64,000 bases of DNA from the NCBI GenBank assembly GCA_030390025.1, contig CM059428.1, forward strand, positions 146,258,001-146,322,000. Direction: 5' to 3'. Positions 1 to 12,110 of this stretch are shown one piece after another. The notes beneath the pieces were generated by a model, which ran no database searches, was not told the DNA's origin, and saw only the letters and a program-made list of their open reading frames with translations. Position numbers and translations under genes: made by a program. Each line of letters starts with the position of its first letter. The stretch's first letter is position 1. The stretch is from Squalus acanthias. Lineage: Eukaryota.

Positions 1-487
1 AGCCTTGAATCTCGGCCTGGAGAGACCTCAAAAGCAATTGTGTTGGAAGCACTAATGGATAGGCCCACAGAAAGAGCTTGGCACTTAGGAACCTCAAAAG
101 TGGTGCTGAGGGCCAAAACTCCTTAGGACAGCGTTAAAACCAAAAATTTTGCCGACAAGAAAAGGCGGGAAGTGCCCGCCTTTAAATAGCGCTCCCCCAG
201 CCCCTTCCCAACTTGAAAACGTTCCCCTCTACCTGTCATTCCTAGCGACAGGCGCTAAGGCAGGGGGCGCGACTCAGTATCCGGTCTGGGGCGCTACCGG
301 GGTGTTGCATGCTTGACTGACGTCACGATCTGCGGGCGCAGGAGATCGTGGCGGTAGTGTTTAGCGCCGCTGCAAAACGACTGGTCAATTTCACAAGCGG
401 CGCTAAATTCGCCGCGCTCGGGCACTAAGTTCCTAGCGCCCCCCGGAGGCGCTAATGGGAGGTGCTAAGCAACCGAATTTCGCCCCC
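1..487. mobile_element. GC-rich non-autonomous DNA-transposon/MITE-like element (right end only)
   Basis: GC-rich island with repeated GGCGCTA/TAGCGCC words, ending in GAATTTCGCCCC; this resembles the termini of other GC-rich inserts in the window. Confidence 0.45.
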
Positions 488-959
488 TTCGTGTTTATCC
501 CTGAGATCCAACCTCATAGACGATATAAGGACTGACTTTAAGAATGTGTACTAACTCACTGGCTGCACATATCAAGAAATTGCAAATGTACTGCCTACAT
601 TTTTCATCCTTTAAAACTAATGGTTGGGAAAACTGTGGATATTGTGCCTGGCCATTTCCTGATCTAAGTGACCAGTGAGCGCAGCTCCCAACCAGGAGCA
701 CGCAACTGTAAAATTGGCCCTATAAGATTTATGGCTTTATACTGACTCCGGACAGGCACCCAGACTCTAGCACAAGGGTACGATATAATCGAGGAGAGGA
801 CCTCGGATGTGCCTTTTTGGTTCTTATTGCTGTGGTGCTTGAGATTTTTGCAAAGCGGGGGTGGTGGGGGGGGGGGGGGGGAGGAAATTTGGTGGCTTTC
901 GCTCCATTTTGGATCTCAGGAAATGAGTCAATTCCTGAAGACGGAAAAGCCAAGTTGGT

Positions 960-2440
960 TTAATGCAGCATATTATGTAAGCTGGGTATTGGTTAGCAGC
1001 CAATAGGCCTAAAGAAGGTGTATTTTCATAGCTATTCAGGCCTATTACTGACATTTCTTGGTTTCATTTTCAGGGTTTAAATTACCAGTACAGACAACTT
1101 GCTATTGAACAATTCAAGAGTCATTCTAAATTGCCTTTCAGTAATTGCTACCTGCCTGCATCGGCAGCATATTAATACGTATCTATCTATTTGGACAATT
1201 AGTTAGTCTTCCACCCAGGACTGTTCCAGGTCAGTCCAGTAGTTAACCTACACTATATATAGGTTGGGCTTTTGGACAATGGTGCATAGTTGCAACTTGA
1301 CCTCTTGACAGGGTGTTCCTGTGCTGGGACAGAATTGTCATGCTCAGGGATTTAATATCTTCCCTTTTAGAAGATGATATCTATAACTTAGTCCAAGTTT
1401 GCTTATAGATATTGGGGCTTATGGCAGCTGCTGTTGTCATGATGCCCTATGCTCTTCAGTTAAATTTGCTCAGGCTGTGGTCTCCCTGCCAAGACTCTTG
1501 CAATATCTGCTTCATGTGGACAGTTAGACAACTTCCTTCCAGGGGTTCCCCTTGGGCCATCTCCCTCTGTGTTTTGCAGAGTGAAGGATGTGCATCCCGA
1601 TTGGGTGAAGGGAGGGAATCCAAGGCAAATGACTCTTCAGGCAGTTGAGATTTTAGACCACATGCTGGCCATACGGGTAAAGTTGGTCTGCATTTGCACA
1701 GATAATACCTCGGTCCATCACATCAATAAGCAGAGAAAGGAGAGCTCATTTTTTCCATCAGAACATAATATGGCAGGCACTCTGTTGCCTGGAACCATAA
1801 ATATCTTAGCCTTTCACCTGCTGGAAGTGGACAACTCGATTGCTTTGCTGTCCATTCTTTTAAGTGGAAAATCTATCCACAGGTGATTCAAGGACCATTC
1901 TGAAAATAAGATTGAGATCAACCTGTTTGCATCATCGGATAATCTTGAGCTTCCATGGAGCTACACTAGGGTAAGAGGCTCATCTATGGAGAAACAGGAT
2001 GGCTTCTCCTTTTCCTGGACGTCGGGGTTGGTCTGTGCATTTCCTCCCTGTGCACTGATCCTCTCGGTGCTGCAGAAGGCACACATACACCAGGCAAAAC
2101 TCATTCTGATTCACTCCATACATACCGGCCCTGTCAACAGATGTTGACAATGAGCCGAGCATGCATTACTCTATGCCTGCAGATGGGATCCTCTCTCACA
2201 GTGCGGGTCAGAATCTGCTTCGAGTTGAAATTCTTTGGCTGACGGCATGGTTATTGAATGACATCGACCTCTAGATCAAGGTCTTCTCTCATCAGCGGTT
2301 GAGACCTCACTTAGTTCCACAAAATTTCCATTATCTGGGTTTAGTGTGTCAAATGGCAGAGGTTTGTGGAATGGTGTGTGAATAACTACACTCCGCCATG
2401 TGAAGTTCATTATAATCCAGAATATCTGCAGTGATTGATC
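960..2440 (+). mobile_element. degenerate DIRS-like (tyrosine recombinase) retrotransposon RT/RNaseH/MT relic
   Basis: Degenerate motifs in DIRS order: IYLDN (RT YLDD-like, about 1185), CTDNTSVHHINKQ (RNaseH TDN..YINKQG), LAFHLLEVDNSIA (HIPG..N..AD), INLFASSDN (DLFAS..N) and AFPP (about 2037). Many stops and frameshifts; boundaries approximate. Confidence 0.65.
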
Positions 2441-3009
2441 CTTTATTACTTGCCAATCTTTCTGTCTAACCTCTCTTAGCCTGTCTTACCTTTTTGCTTG
2501 CTCTCTGTATTTTTGATACCCTACTTGATGTTCATTTGTACTACAAAAGATTTGTCGTGTCTTTTTTGAGGCTCATTTCAATTTTAATATTTCTGCTTCT
2601 CTGAGGAATTCCAGCTTTTGTTGCAACACCATTTGTTCTTGCGGGAATGCGTCTAGGCTGTACTTTAATCATCTGCTGTTAGTACATGAACTATGGGAAA
2701 TGTTCAGTCTCATCTGCCAGGTTTTCTTTCTAATTTATTTGGACAAGTTCCCCATTTCACCTAATTGAAATTGGCTTTTTTTCCAGTCTATTTTTTAACC
2801 CGTGATTGTTCGCTCTTCAGTTTTTATATCGAACCTACTAATGTTATGAATGTGGTTTCCTAGATATTCTCCAACCCTTACCTCTCCCCGCGAGGGCATT
2901 AGGTCAGCCCTATTCAGCTGAAGCCTGCGATTAACTTTTGTAGGCCACTCCTATTCGCAATGTCTCAGGACTTCTCCAGCCACACATTTAACACCATTAT
3001 CTTATTTTT

Positions 3010-3332
3010 TTTATTTGTTCTCCGAATGTGGATGATGTTGGCAAAGCTACATTCATTGCCCATCCTAATTGCTCTGAGAAGTAGGTAGGCACTTCAGAAG
3101 GCATTAAGTTTAGTTCTATAGTGTGGACCAGATTGAGTAGGAACATAGATTCTCTTCCCTGAAGGACATTAGTGAATCAGCTGTTTTTATTTTCACCAAA
3201 CAGCAGCTTTCGGGGTTTTTTTAAAATTCTGGTGCCAGCTCACACATTACCAGCTTTATTGAACTTAATTTCACAACTTTAAACTCATGATCTCTGGGTT
3301 GCTAATCCAGTATCAAAACCACAACACTACTG
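3010..3332 (-). mobile_element. degenerate SINE-like repeat
   Basis: Resembles a common shark tRNA-derived SINE in reverse orientation (ttccctgaaggacattagtgaa...gctaatccagt); family not assigned. Confidence 0.4.
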
Positions 3333-3595
3333 TACCTGTATTCTTATACTGACTAGTGTGTGCCACCAAGAGTAATCCTGAGATTACTCCCCTCAATTCC
3401 CTAATATTTAATATGTCTCCAAACTCCAATTATGTTCCTTCCTTTATTACTGATTTAAAGATGAACCATGGCTTCTGGCTGGTTCTTCCCTCTTATTTTA
3501 TTTATCTTACACCTACTCCATGATATCCATTACCCTGGTGCTTAGGAGGCCGTTCACCATTCTGCACTCTCAATTCCTACTGCAAAAGTACAGGA

Positions 3596-4030
3596 AAGGT
3601 TGAGCAGGCTGGGCCTATACTCATTGGAATTTAGAAGAATGAGAGGTGATCTTATTGAAACATATAAGATACTGAGGGGGCACGACAAGGTAGATGCAGA
3701 GAGGATGTTTCCCCTCGTGGGGAAATCTAGAACTCGGGGGCATAGTTTCAGAATAAAGGGTCGCCCTTTAGAACTGAGATGAGGAGGAATTTCTTCTCTG
3801 AGGGTCGTAAATCTGTGGAATTCTCTGCCGCAAAGAGCTATGGAGGCTGGGTCATTAAATACATTTAAGGTGGAGATAGACAGATTTTTGCAAGATAAGG
3901 GAGTGAAGGGTTATGGGGAGCGGGCAGGGATGTGGCTTTGAGCCCAAGGTCAGCCATGATCTTATTAAATGGCGGAGCAGGCTCGAGGGGCCAAGTGGCC
4001 TATTCCTGCTCCTAGTTCTTATGTTCTTGT
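3596..4030 (+). mobile_element. CR1 LINE 3' fragment
   Basis: Translates RLGLYSLEFRRMRGDLIETYKIL...SRTRGH, followed by the CR1 3'UTR ending cctattcctgctcctagttcttatgttctt. Confidence 0.93.
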
Positions 4031-4771
4031 CTGTTCTTTTGACTCTGCAATGTTCTATTATTACTGCATTCCTGCTCTTCATTTCTCCCTCTTTGGCAAC
4101 TACTTGCACCATGGTGGCATGGCTTTGCTTGTGGCTGCTCTACTCTACTGGGTACCTTTTTTGCCAATCCAACACTGTCCAGATCCCTGCACTGCCTCCA
4201 GTCTTTTCTTCCTACTCCAGTGGGTGGTCACCTACCTCCTTTCCTCTCTAACCTGCTCTGCCTGCATGGTGCTCACCTCCTGGAATGTGCATTACAAGAA
4301 TCTGTCAGCCATATATCAGAGTATCACCAGCTGCTTCTCGAGCTCAGAAATCCTGACTTCAAATGCAAGCAGTCACAGACATTTTCCGCACTATGTGGTC
4401 ATCAAGGACCTCCCATTTTGCACATCGCTGGCTTTAGCTACCTCTCCGCAGTAAACTGGACTGTTTTTGACAACATAGTGATTTAATGTCTCAAGTATAA
4501 TTTTTTGGTCAGCTACACCCAAGGCTGAAAGTTCCTCTTGGTCACGGTGATTGCAGGAGCAAATAGAATATTTAGTTTCCTGTGTGGACTCCAAGGAATG
4601 ATACCAACATTGTAAAGCATTGAGATCACTTGCGGAGTATACTCTAGTTTTGACCACTAAGCAAAGGCAATGAATGGATTCAAAGATAGTTCCAAGTATT
4701 AGATCATCGAGCTGCAAAAACCTATGGGAGCTTGTGTTGTGTTCATAGGAGGAAGAGCCCAATCTTTTTAA

Positions 4772-4885
4772 AGGAAAGGAAAAGACTTGTCTTTATATAA
4801 CACCTTTCATGTCATCAGGTGGTTTCAAAGCATTTCACAGCCAATGAAATAATTTTGAAGTGTAGTCACTGTTGTAATGTAAGGA
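4772..4885 (-). mobile_element. SINE/L2-type 3' tail fragment, interrupted by palindromic insert
   Basis: Reverse complement of the tail of the DeuSINE copy at 14650-15078 (cattggctgt...ctatataaatgcaag). Confidence 0.6.
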
Positions 4886-5121
4886 CATGATGTGGAGATG
4901 CCGGCGTTGGACTGGGGTGGACAAAAATGAGAAGTCGCACAACACCAGGTTATAGTCCAACAGATTTATTTAAAATTACAAGCTTTCGGAGCTGTCGCCC
5001 CTTCTTCAGGTAGGGTAGATTCTCTCACAGCTACCCTACCTGAAGAAGGGGCGACAGCTCCGAAAGCTTGTAATTTTAAATAAATCTGTTGGACTATAAC
5101 CTGGTGTTGTGCGACTTCTCA
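4886..5121. mobile_element. Penelope-like-element-derived palindromic insertion, copy 1
   Basis: Perfect 91-bp inverted arms (4928-5018 and 5031-5121) with a 12-nt loop, a 42-bp unpaired left extension, and a 12-bp direct repeat GTAATGTAAGGA at 4874-4885 and 5122-5133. Confidence 0.85.
5037..5072 (+). ncRNA. minimal hammerhead ribozyme motif (mirror copy on - strand in the left arm)
   Basis: TAC-CTGAAGA-A-GGGGC-GACA-GCTCC-GAAA-GCTT-GTA: CUGANGA and GAAA core, stem II, palindromic stem III (AAGCTT) and short stem I. Confidence 0.7.
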
Positions 5122-5959
5122 GTAATGTAAGGAGATCATAAGGTAGCTGTACAGTGTTTATGTGTAACCAATGAGTGTTTGGGTTATAACTCCTTTTGTC
5201 TACCCTATTAATTAGCTTATTAAGAGTAACTTCTTGAATTATTAGTAATATAATGAATGTTGATTCAGTTGCAGTATTGAAAGGGAACTTGCCGATTCTT
5301 TGGCAAGGAGATAACGATCAGTAAAGGTCTCGAAAAAGTACTTAAATAGGTGGGCTGAAAGAGGTTAATGACCATTTTAAATTTCTGCCTTTTAAAAAAA
5401 AAAGACAATTATATTGGCTTTAATTAATCAACTCGAGAAATGACTGATTAAATTATTCATTTTAGTGTGTGTCAATAACACATTACTACAGTTATTAGTA
5501 CTTGATATGACGCGGACTTCCAGAAAAATTTGTGTCGATGAAATAAAATCATCCCAATGAACTCCTAGTATTGTATAATCATTTGAAAGTAATTTCGAAG
5601 TTATATTCGTATTTTCATGTAACTGGTTTTTCTAATACATTCTGCAGTTGCAGGCTTGTAATCACTTCCGGATATCAATACATTTAATTTCTATTGTATT
5701 GCTTATTACTGCAATTGAAACTACCTAAAGATACCAAAAGATGTTCCTACCAGCAGGAATATTGGTCAAATTTAGCTCATGTACGGCGCCTCAGCTGTTT
5801 GCAACAAAAAAGTATCATATTGGCATCAGCAAAAGTATTTTTTTTTTTCTCACCATTATTATCATCTAATATCTTGAAGATGTTGACTTCTCACTGGGTA
5901 CAGTTTGATGGGTACAGGGTGCCCTCTGGTACCATGCCCAAATGTCATTTATTCATGTG

Positions 5960-6225
5960 TAAGCATTGACTATCAGACTATTTAATCGTGAGAGGCATTG
6001 CAGCCAGGATTGATCCTGCCCTCTGCAATGGCCACACGTCACTTCCAACAAGGGTTACTAGATGGTATTCAGAAGTGGGCGTCTTAATTTTTTTCTTCTT
6101 CTTAATTCAGGAGTGCTGAGGCCAATTATAACATCTTTATCTGCTGAGATCAACTAACTCAATACAGGGCAGGAGTTGAACTTGGGATCTTAAAGATCTG
6201 TGTGTGTCTCACCTACTCATTGGAC
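5960..6225 (-). mobile_element. tRNA-derived SINE-like repeat (same family as 52815-53090)
   Basis: Reverse-complement similarity to 52815-53090 (ctgagatcaactaactca vs tgagttaggtgat; ggccaattata vs tacaattggc). Confidence 0.5.
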
Positions 6226-6351
6226 TAACTTATACTGAAATAGCTTCCTTTTGGTTGTCATAAGATTGCAAATAAACAAATTAATTTGCTGGCATAGATG
6301 GTGGTTCCAAAATGTGAAGGTACTACAAAAAATACACTTGTTTCGTTTCAG

Positions 6352-6440
6352 TTTCCAGAAGGAGTTCTCTTTCGAAGACAAAGAAATTGCCAAGAAAACA
6401 AAAGATATAGACCCTAATCTACTTGCTGTACTTCCTAAAG
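6352..6440 (+). other. SVIL: SVIL upstream exon (5'UTR or coding N-terminal extension)
   Basis: Acceptor tttcgtttcAG and donor AAG|GTTAGT; 89 nt, open as xFQKEFSFEDKEIAKKTKDIDPNLLAVLPK; its phase-1 end joins in frame to the exon at 16829. Confidence 0.7.
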
Positions 6441-6856
6441 GTTAGTGACATAGTGCTTTGACGGAATTGAGTTTTTTTAACTTGGCATAAAAGCAACGAA
6501 TTCACTGGTGGACATAAGATCAACTGCCTTTGGGAGAGGGGCAGTTGATTGTGAGGTGAGCAGAGTCCCTTGAGATGGGATTGGGTAAAGTTCTGTTTGA
6601 GGGCTGCCAGATCATGAATGTTCATGGGACAGAAAAATACATCATTTATATATAAATCTTCATTCTCCATGTCCCTCCCAACTGCAGGTGATGATGATGC
6701 AGAACTCTGCGACTGAGGAAGAAATGGAAGGATTCATAACCTGAAATATACATTTGGGATAATTGTACCGTTGACGACAGAATAGCCTTTTTTTCATTGC
6801 ACATTCCCCATTCCCCACGTACCACAGGAATGTAGCCCAGTTTGATAGGTTCTGGG

Positions 6857-7854
6857 GAAACTACACACTGAGCTTGCACATGAAAATGGGACAATGAACG
6901 TTGGTACTGCTGCACTTGGGCTTCCTAATTCTGTCGTACAAAACCTCAGGAACTGTACCATTGCATCAGTAGATTTCCACCCGCACACCCCCAAAAGATT
7001 AATTCTTTGCTCCTCCTGTCACCAGATGTTTGGGACTACAGCCTCTTTATCTAATCTAACTATTTCCATAGAATTAATCCCAATTTTTGTGTTTTCTTTT
7101 AGAAATTTCACAGCAGTCTAAGGTGCTGGCATAAGCACCTCCACAAAATATACAAGGCTGTCATTTATAGGAAGGGCTTTAGGCTGTGTGATAGTATCCG
7201 TGACTAATTCTATATTCACTAAATGCCCATATAGAGAGCAAATAAAGCAGGTGAAAACAAACTAACTATCTGATATAAGGGACTAAGACACAAGTTAGAA
7301 TTCTACACTCATTACAGAGAATGTGCCCCAGGGGAACTGTGATTGCACAGTATGCCCTTTGGCATTGATCCATGTAAGTCAGCTGCAAGCTCTTATTTTA
7401 GATCAACTGCATTTGATTTTGCATTCTGGCAAAACAGTCCTTACGGCTCATCTAGCGCGTTAAAGCTAGATCTCATTTGTCTGTTTCATTTGGGTTAAGA
7501 AACTGTTTTATCTAATGCCACAGGAATATTGTTTCCACTATTTAGATGCTCTTAAATTATAACTTTTGTGCAAAGTAATTTAGGTAATTCCAGAAGTTCC
7601 TCATGGTGCAAAGACCCAAGACAAATCCTATACTGCTGCCATCTTGCAGGAAAGAAGCCTAGGAAACAGGCTAAGGATAATTTTACCCATTTCATAACTG
7701 TTTCTTGGGCATCTATAAATTTCCAGTTGTTTAGCACATGCAAGATGCAATGGTACAGTTCCTGAGGTTTTGTCCGGCAGAATTAGGAATCCCAAGTGCA
7801 GCACTACCAACGTTCATTGTCCCATTTTCATGTGCAAGCTCAGTGTGTAGTTTC
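6857..7854. repeat. 111-bp inverted repeat pair (6857-6967 / 7744-7854)
   Basis: gaaactacacactgagcttgcac...ccattgcatc and its reverse complement, with only a few mismatches and a spacer of about 775 bp. Confidence 0.9.
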
Positions 7855-9189
7855 ATATATTCATTAAACAATACCATCTATATTGAATCAAAGGACAATA
7901 TCTTTGGCAGATTGCATTGATACTGGATACTGAAATTTTACACTACTTTGCTGCTATAGTCTTTGGAGAATGCGGAATGAAGAAGCGATAGATTAACTTG
8001 GTAGAGTCCTCATTTTTCAAATAATATGCAACCTCCACACACCATGATTTCCATCCACCCATTCCAGCAGGCTCTGCAAGAGTATAGTTTCAGGAGTGGG
8101 GTGAGGGAGTGTGTTAAATGGCTAGAATTCAGTTTAGCTTCAGGTCAAAATGAGCTGGTACAGTATTGCAAGTCCTGGGCATTATATGGCATAAGAGAAA
8201 GGACACCCTATTTGCAATGCCAAGCTGATCTCGTGTGCATGCTCAGGTTCTGCGTAAATCATGTATTAGGCTATATTTCTGTGGGGTGTGGAGGATGGAT
8301 TATATGTGAAGAGTCTATCAGATGGCAATCTCTTTTGTTATTCTGAGTTAGCAACCTGAACTAGAGATATATAGTGCTGTAATACAGTAGTCTCATTTGT
8401 GCCCTCTACCATATTTACAGTAGTATTAAAATGTTTCCTTTTAAAGAGCTATGATGCAGTCAATTGAATTGGGCTAGAATCTGGAGCATGAAGGCAGTTC
8501 TTGGCAAGTGCTTGACTTAGTATATTCTAGGTTACTCTGTTACTTTTCTCTTGGGGCACGAACACCATGGCCATGACCGAACTTTGCAATGAATGGTGAT
8601 GCATATTACGTTTTTTTTATTGGGACTGCCAGTCAAAGGTAGCAATTTAAAGGAATCCATCAGGATTCTTTTTTGGGTTCTCAAATTCAAATCAAATCAC
8701 AGCAGTGATTCCGGGTGTTTTCCTCCACAGGAAAATGACATTGCTGCCTGATTCCAATAGGTAATAGAACTTATGCATGATCTTGCACTACCATCAATAA
8801 CTAAGGCACTGCCAGCAATTTTGTTTTTGCTCCTTTTCTGAAGTTTCGTGCTGAATTATGACCACCGCAGAGATGATGTGTTTTCTCCTTCTGTCTTTTA
8901 ATACATTTGGCCGTCCTATAGTGCAGCTTTTCTACACGGGTACTTTTAGATTTATTTTCGAAGTATGCTTGTATTTATTTATGTGAGAAAGTACAGTAAC
9001 TGTACATTACCAATTAAAAGTCAGTAATGAACCTCAGGACAAGAAAGAATATCAACATTTTGAGTGATGGAGGGCAGTGTAAGAACTTACAAAGGGGATT
9101 TCCAAATGAAGTCACTAAAATTTCAGTTATGGAGTCATAGAAATTATAGCACAGAAGGAGCTTGTTCTTCAACTGGAGCAGACTAGTAC

Positions 9190-11890
9190 TACAACAACAA
9201 CTTGCATTTATATAGTGCCATTAACATAGATAAACATCCCAAGGTGCTTCACAGGAACGTAATTGGACAAAGAAATTGGCACTGAACCAAAGAAGGGGTT
9301 ATTAGAAACATAGAACATAGAAAAATAGGAGCAGGAGTAGGCCATTCGGCCCTTCGAGCCTGCTCCGCCATTCAATATGATCATGGCTGATCCTCTATCT
9401 CAATACCATATTCCTGCTCTCTCCCCATACCCCTTGATGCCCTTTGTGTCTAGAAATCTATCTGTCTCCTTCTTAAATATATTCAGTGACTTGGCCTCCA
9501 CAGCCTTCTGTGGTAGAGAATTCCACAGGTTCACCACCCTCTGAGTGAAGAAATTTCTCCTCATCTCAGTCCTAAATGTCCTACCCCGTATCCTGACACT
9601 GTGACCCCTCGTTCTCGACCCCCCAGCCAGAGGAAACATCCTCCCTGCATCCAGTCTGTCTAGCCCTGTCAGAATTTTATACGTTTCAATGAGATCTCCC
9701 CTCATTTTTCTAAACTCTAGTGAATACAGGCCTAGTCGACCCAATCTCTCCTCATACGACAGTCCTGCCATCCAAGGAATCAGTCTGGTGAACCTTCGCT
9801 GCACTCCCTCTATGGCAAGTATATCCTTTCTTAGGCAAGGAGACCAAAACTGCACACAGTACTCCAGGTGTGGTCTCACCAAGGCCCTGTATAACTGTAG
9901 TAAGACATCCTTGCTCCTGTACTCAAATCCCCTTGCAATGAAGGCCAACATACCATTTGCCTTCCTAACTGCTTGCTGCACCTGCATGTTTGCTTTCAGT
10001 GACTGGTGTACAAAGACACCCAGGTCCCTTTGTACATCAACATTTCCCAATCTATCACCATTTAAATAATACTCTGCCTTCCTGTTTTTTCTACCGAAGT
10101 GAATAAGTTCACATTTATCCACGTTATACTGCATCTGCCATGTATTTGCCCACTCACTCAACTTGTCTAAATCGCCTTGAAGCCTCTTTGCATCCTCCTC
10201 ACAACTCACAATCGCACCTAGTTTCGTGTCATCAGCAAACTTGGGAAATATTACATTTGGTTCCCTCATCCAAATCATTGATATATATTGTGAATAGCTG
10301 GCGCCCAAGCACTGATCCCTGCGGTACCCCACTAGCCACCGCCTGACACCCCGAAAAAGACCCATTTATTCCTACTCTCTGTTTCCTGTCTGTTAACCAA
10401 TTTTCAATCCATGCCAGTATATTACCCCAATCCCATGTGCTTTAATTTTGCACACTAACCTTTTATGTGGGATTTTATCAAAGGCCTTCTGAAAATCCAA
10501 ATACACTACATCCACTGGTTCTCCCTTATCTATTCTCCCAGTTACATCCTCAAAAAAACTCCAGTAGGTTTGTCAAACACGATTTCCCTTTCATAAATCC
10601 ATGTTGACTCTGTCTAATCCAATTGCTATTTTCTAAGTGTCCTGTTATCACATCCTTTATAATAGACTCTAGCATTTTCCCTACTACTGATGTTAGGCTA
10701 ACCGGTCTGTAGTTCCCTGTTTTCTCTCTCCCTCTTTTTTTAATTAGTGGGGTTCCATTTGCCACCCTCCAATCTGCAGGAACTGTTCCATAATCTATAG
10801 AATTTTGGAAGATGATAACCAATGCATCCACTATTTCCATGGCTACCTCTTTTAGTACTCTGGGATGCAGATTATCAGGCCCTGGGGATTTATCGGCTTT
10901 CAGTCCCATTAGTTTCTCCAGCAGTTTTTTTACTAATACTAATTTCCTTTAATTCCTCCTTCTCACTAGACCCTTGGTTCCCTAGCATTTCTGGGAAGTT
11001 ATTTGTGTCCTCTTCCATGAAGACAGAACCAAAGTATTTGTTTAATTGCTCTGCCATTTCCTTGTTCCCCATTATAAATTCTCCCGTTTCTGACTGTAAG
11101 GGACCTACATTTGTCTTCACTAATCTTTTTCTTTTTACATACTTAGGGCAGATGACCAAAAGCTTGGTCAAAGAGGTAGATTTTAAGGAGCGTCTTAAAG
11201 AACCAGAGCGAGGGGGGAGAGGTTTAAAGAGGTAATTCAAGAGCTTGGAGCCTAGACAGATAAAGGCATGGCTGCCAATGGTGTGGTCGAAGGGAGTGGG
11301 AGGATGCAAAAGAGGCCAGAATTGGAGGAACACAGAGTTCTTGGAGGGTTGTAGGGCTGGAGAGGTTGCAGAGATGGGGAGGGATGAGGCCATAGAGGGA
11401 TTTGAACACAGAGATGCAAATTCTTAATTTGAGTCTATATAGAATAGTCAGGTCTGGAGGTAACCAGCATGGGTGAGGGTTTCAGCAGTAGATGGGCTGA
11501 GACAGGGGCTGAGACTGGCGATATTACGAAGTTTGGAAGTGGCCCGTCTTGGCGATGGAGAGGATGTGGGGTTGGAAGCTCAGCTCATGGTCAAATAGAA
11601 CGCCGAGGTTGCAAACAGTCTGGTTCAGCCTGAGATGGTGCCCAGCGAGGGCGAAGGAACAAAGTTTTTGGCTGAATCTGAAGACAATGGTTTTGGTCTT
11701 CCCAGTGTTTAATTGGAGGAAATTTCTGCTCATCATCCAGTACTGGGTGTCTGACCAGCAGCGTGGCAAATCATAGGTAGTGGAGGGGTCAAGAGAAGTG
11801 GTGGTGAGACAGAGCTGGGCATCATCAGCGTACGTGTGGAACCTGACGTGTTTTCGGATGATGCTGCCGAGGGACAGAATGTCGATGAGA
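9190..11890 (-). mobile_element. L2 LINE 3' relic split by a nested CR1 (L2 parts about 9190-9303 and 11142-11890)
   Basis: Tail acaacaacttgcatttatatag; minus-strand peptides WMMSRNFLQLNTGKTK and NLGVLFDHELSFQPHI are typical of the L2 RT C-terminus; the sequence resumes at ttag on both sides of the CR1. Confidence 0.75.
9304..11141 (-). mobile_element. 5'-truncated CR1 LINE (about 1.8 kb), RT domain, frameshifted
   Basis: ORF pieces KSPGPD, GNYRPVSLTSVVGK, QHGFMKGKSCLTNLLEFF, KFADDTKLG and RPHLEYCVQFWSP; (catagaa) tail at 9304. Confidence 0.96.
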
Positions 11891-12110
11891 AATAGTCCAC
11901 TCTAATCCCACTTCCCTGCCCTTTCCCCATATCTTTCCATATTCCTTTTTTATTTTCTTTTAAATGATATAGTTTATACCTCAATAGCCACTTGAGGTTA
12001 AATATTCCTAGCTCTAATGACCCTTACTGTGAAAAGATTCTTCTATCTGCCCCTTCATAATTCCTGAATCAATGACCCTCGTTACCAATTTGTCAACCAG
12101 TAGAATCTTT
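11890..12110 (-). mobile_element. degenerate CR1 3' fragment
   Basis: ctctaatcccacttccctgccctttccccata...atattcctagctctaatgaccct resembles a CR1 3' end in reverse. Confidence 0.5.

Noticed and set aside
3969-4762. ORFs 3969-4454 (+) and 4391-4762 (-)
   Set aside because: They begin in a CR1 3'UTR or lack recognisable motifs; possibly an old LINE relic but not assignable.
4886-5121. Palindrome as a DNA-transposon MITE or CRISPR-like repeat
   Set aside because: The asymmetric extension, hammerhead core and 12-bp TSD fit a Penelope-type retroelement; there is no repeat-spacer array, and the sequence is eukaryotic.
9400-10365. 321-aa minus-strand ORF as a host gene
   Set aside because: It is CR1 reverse transcriptase C-terminal sequence with a frameshifted N-terminus.
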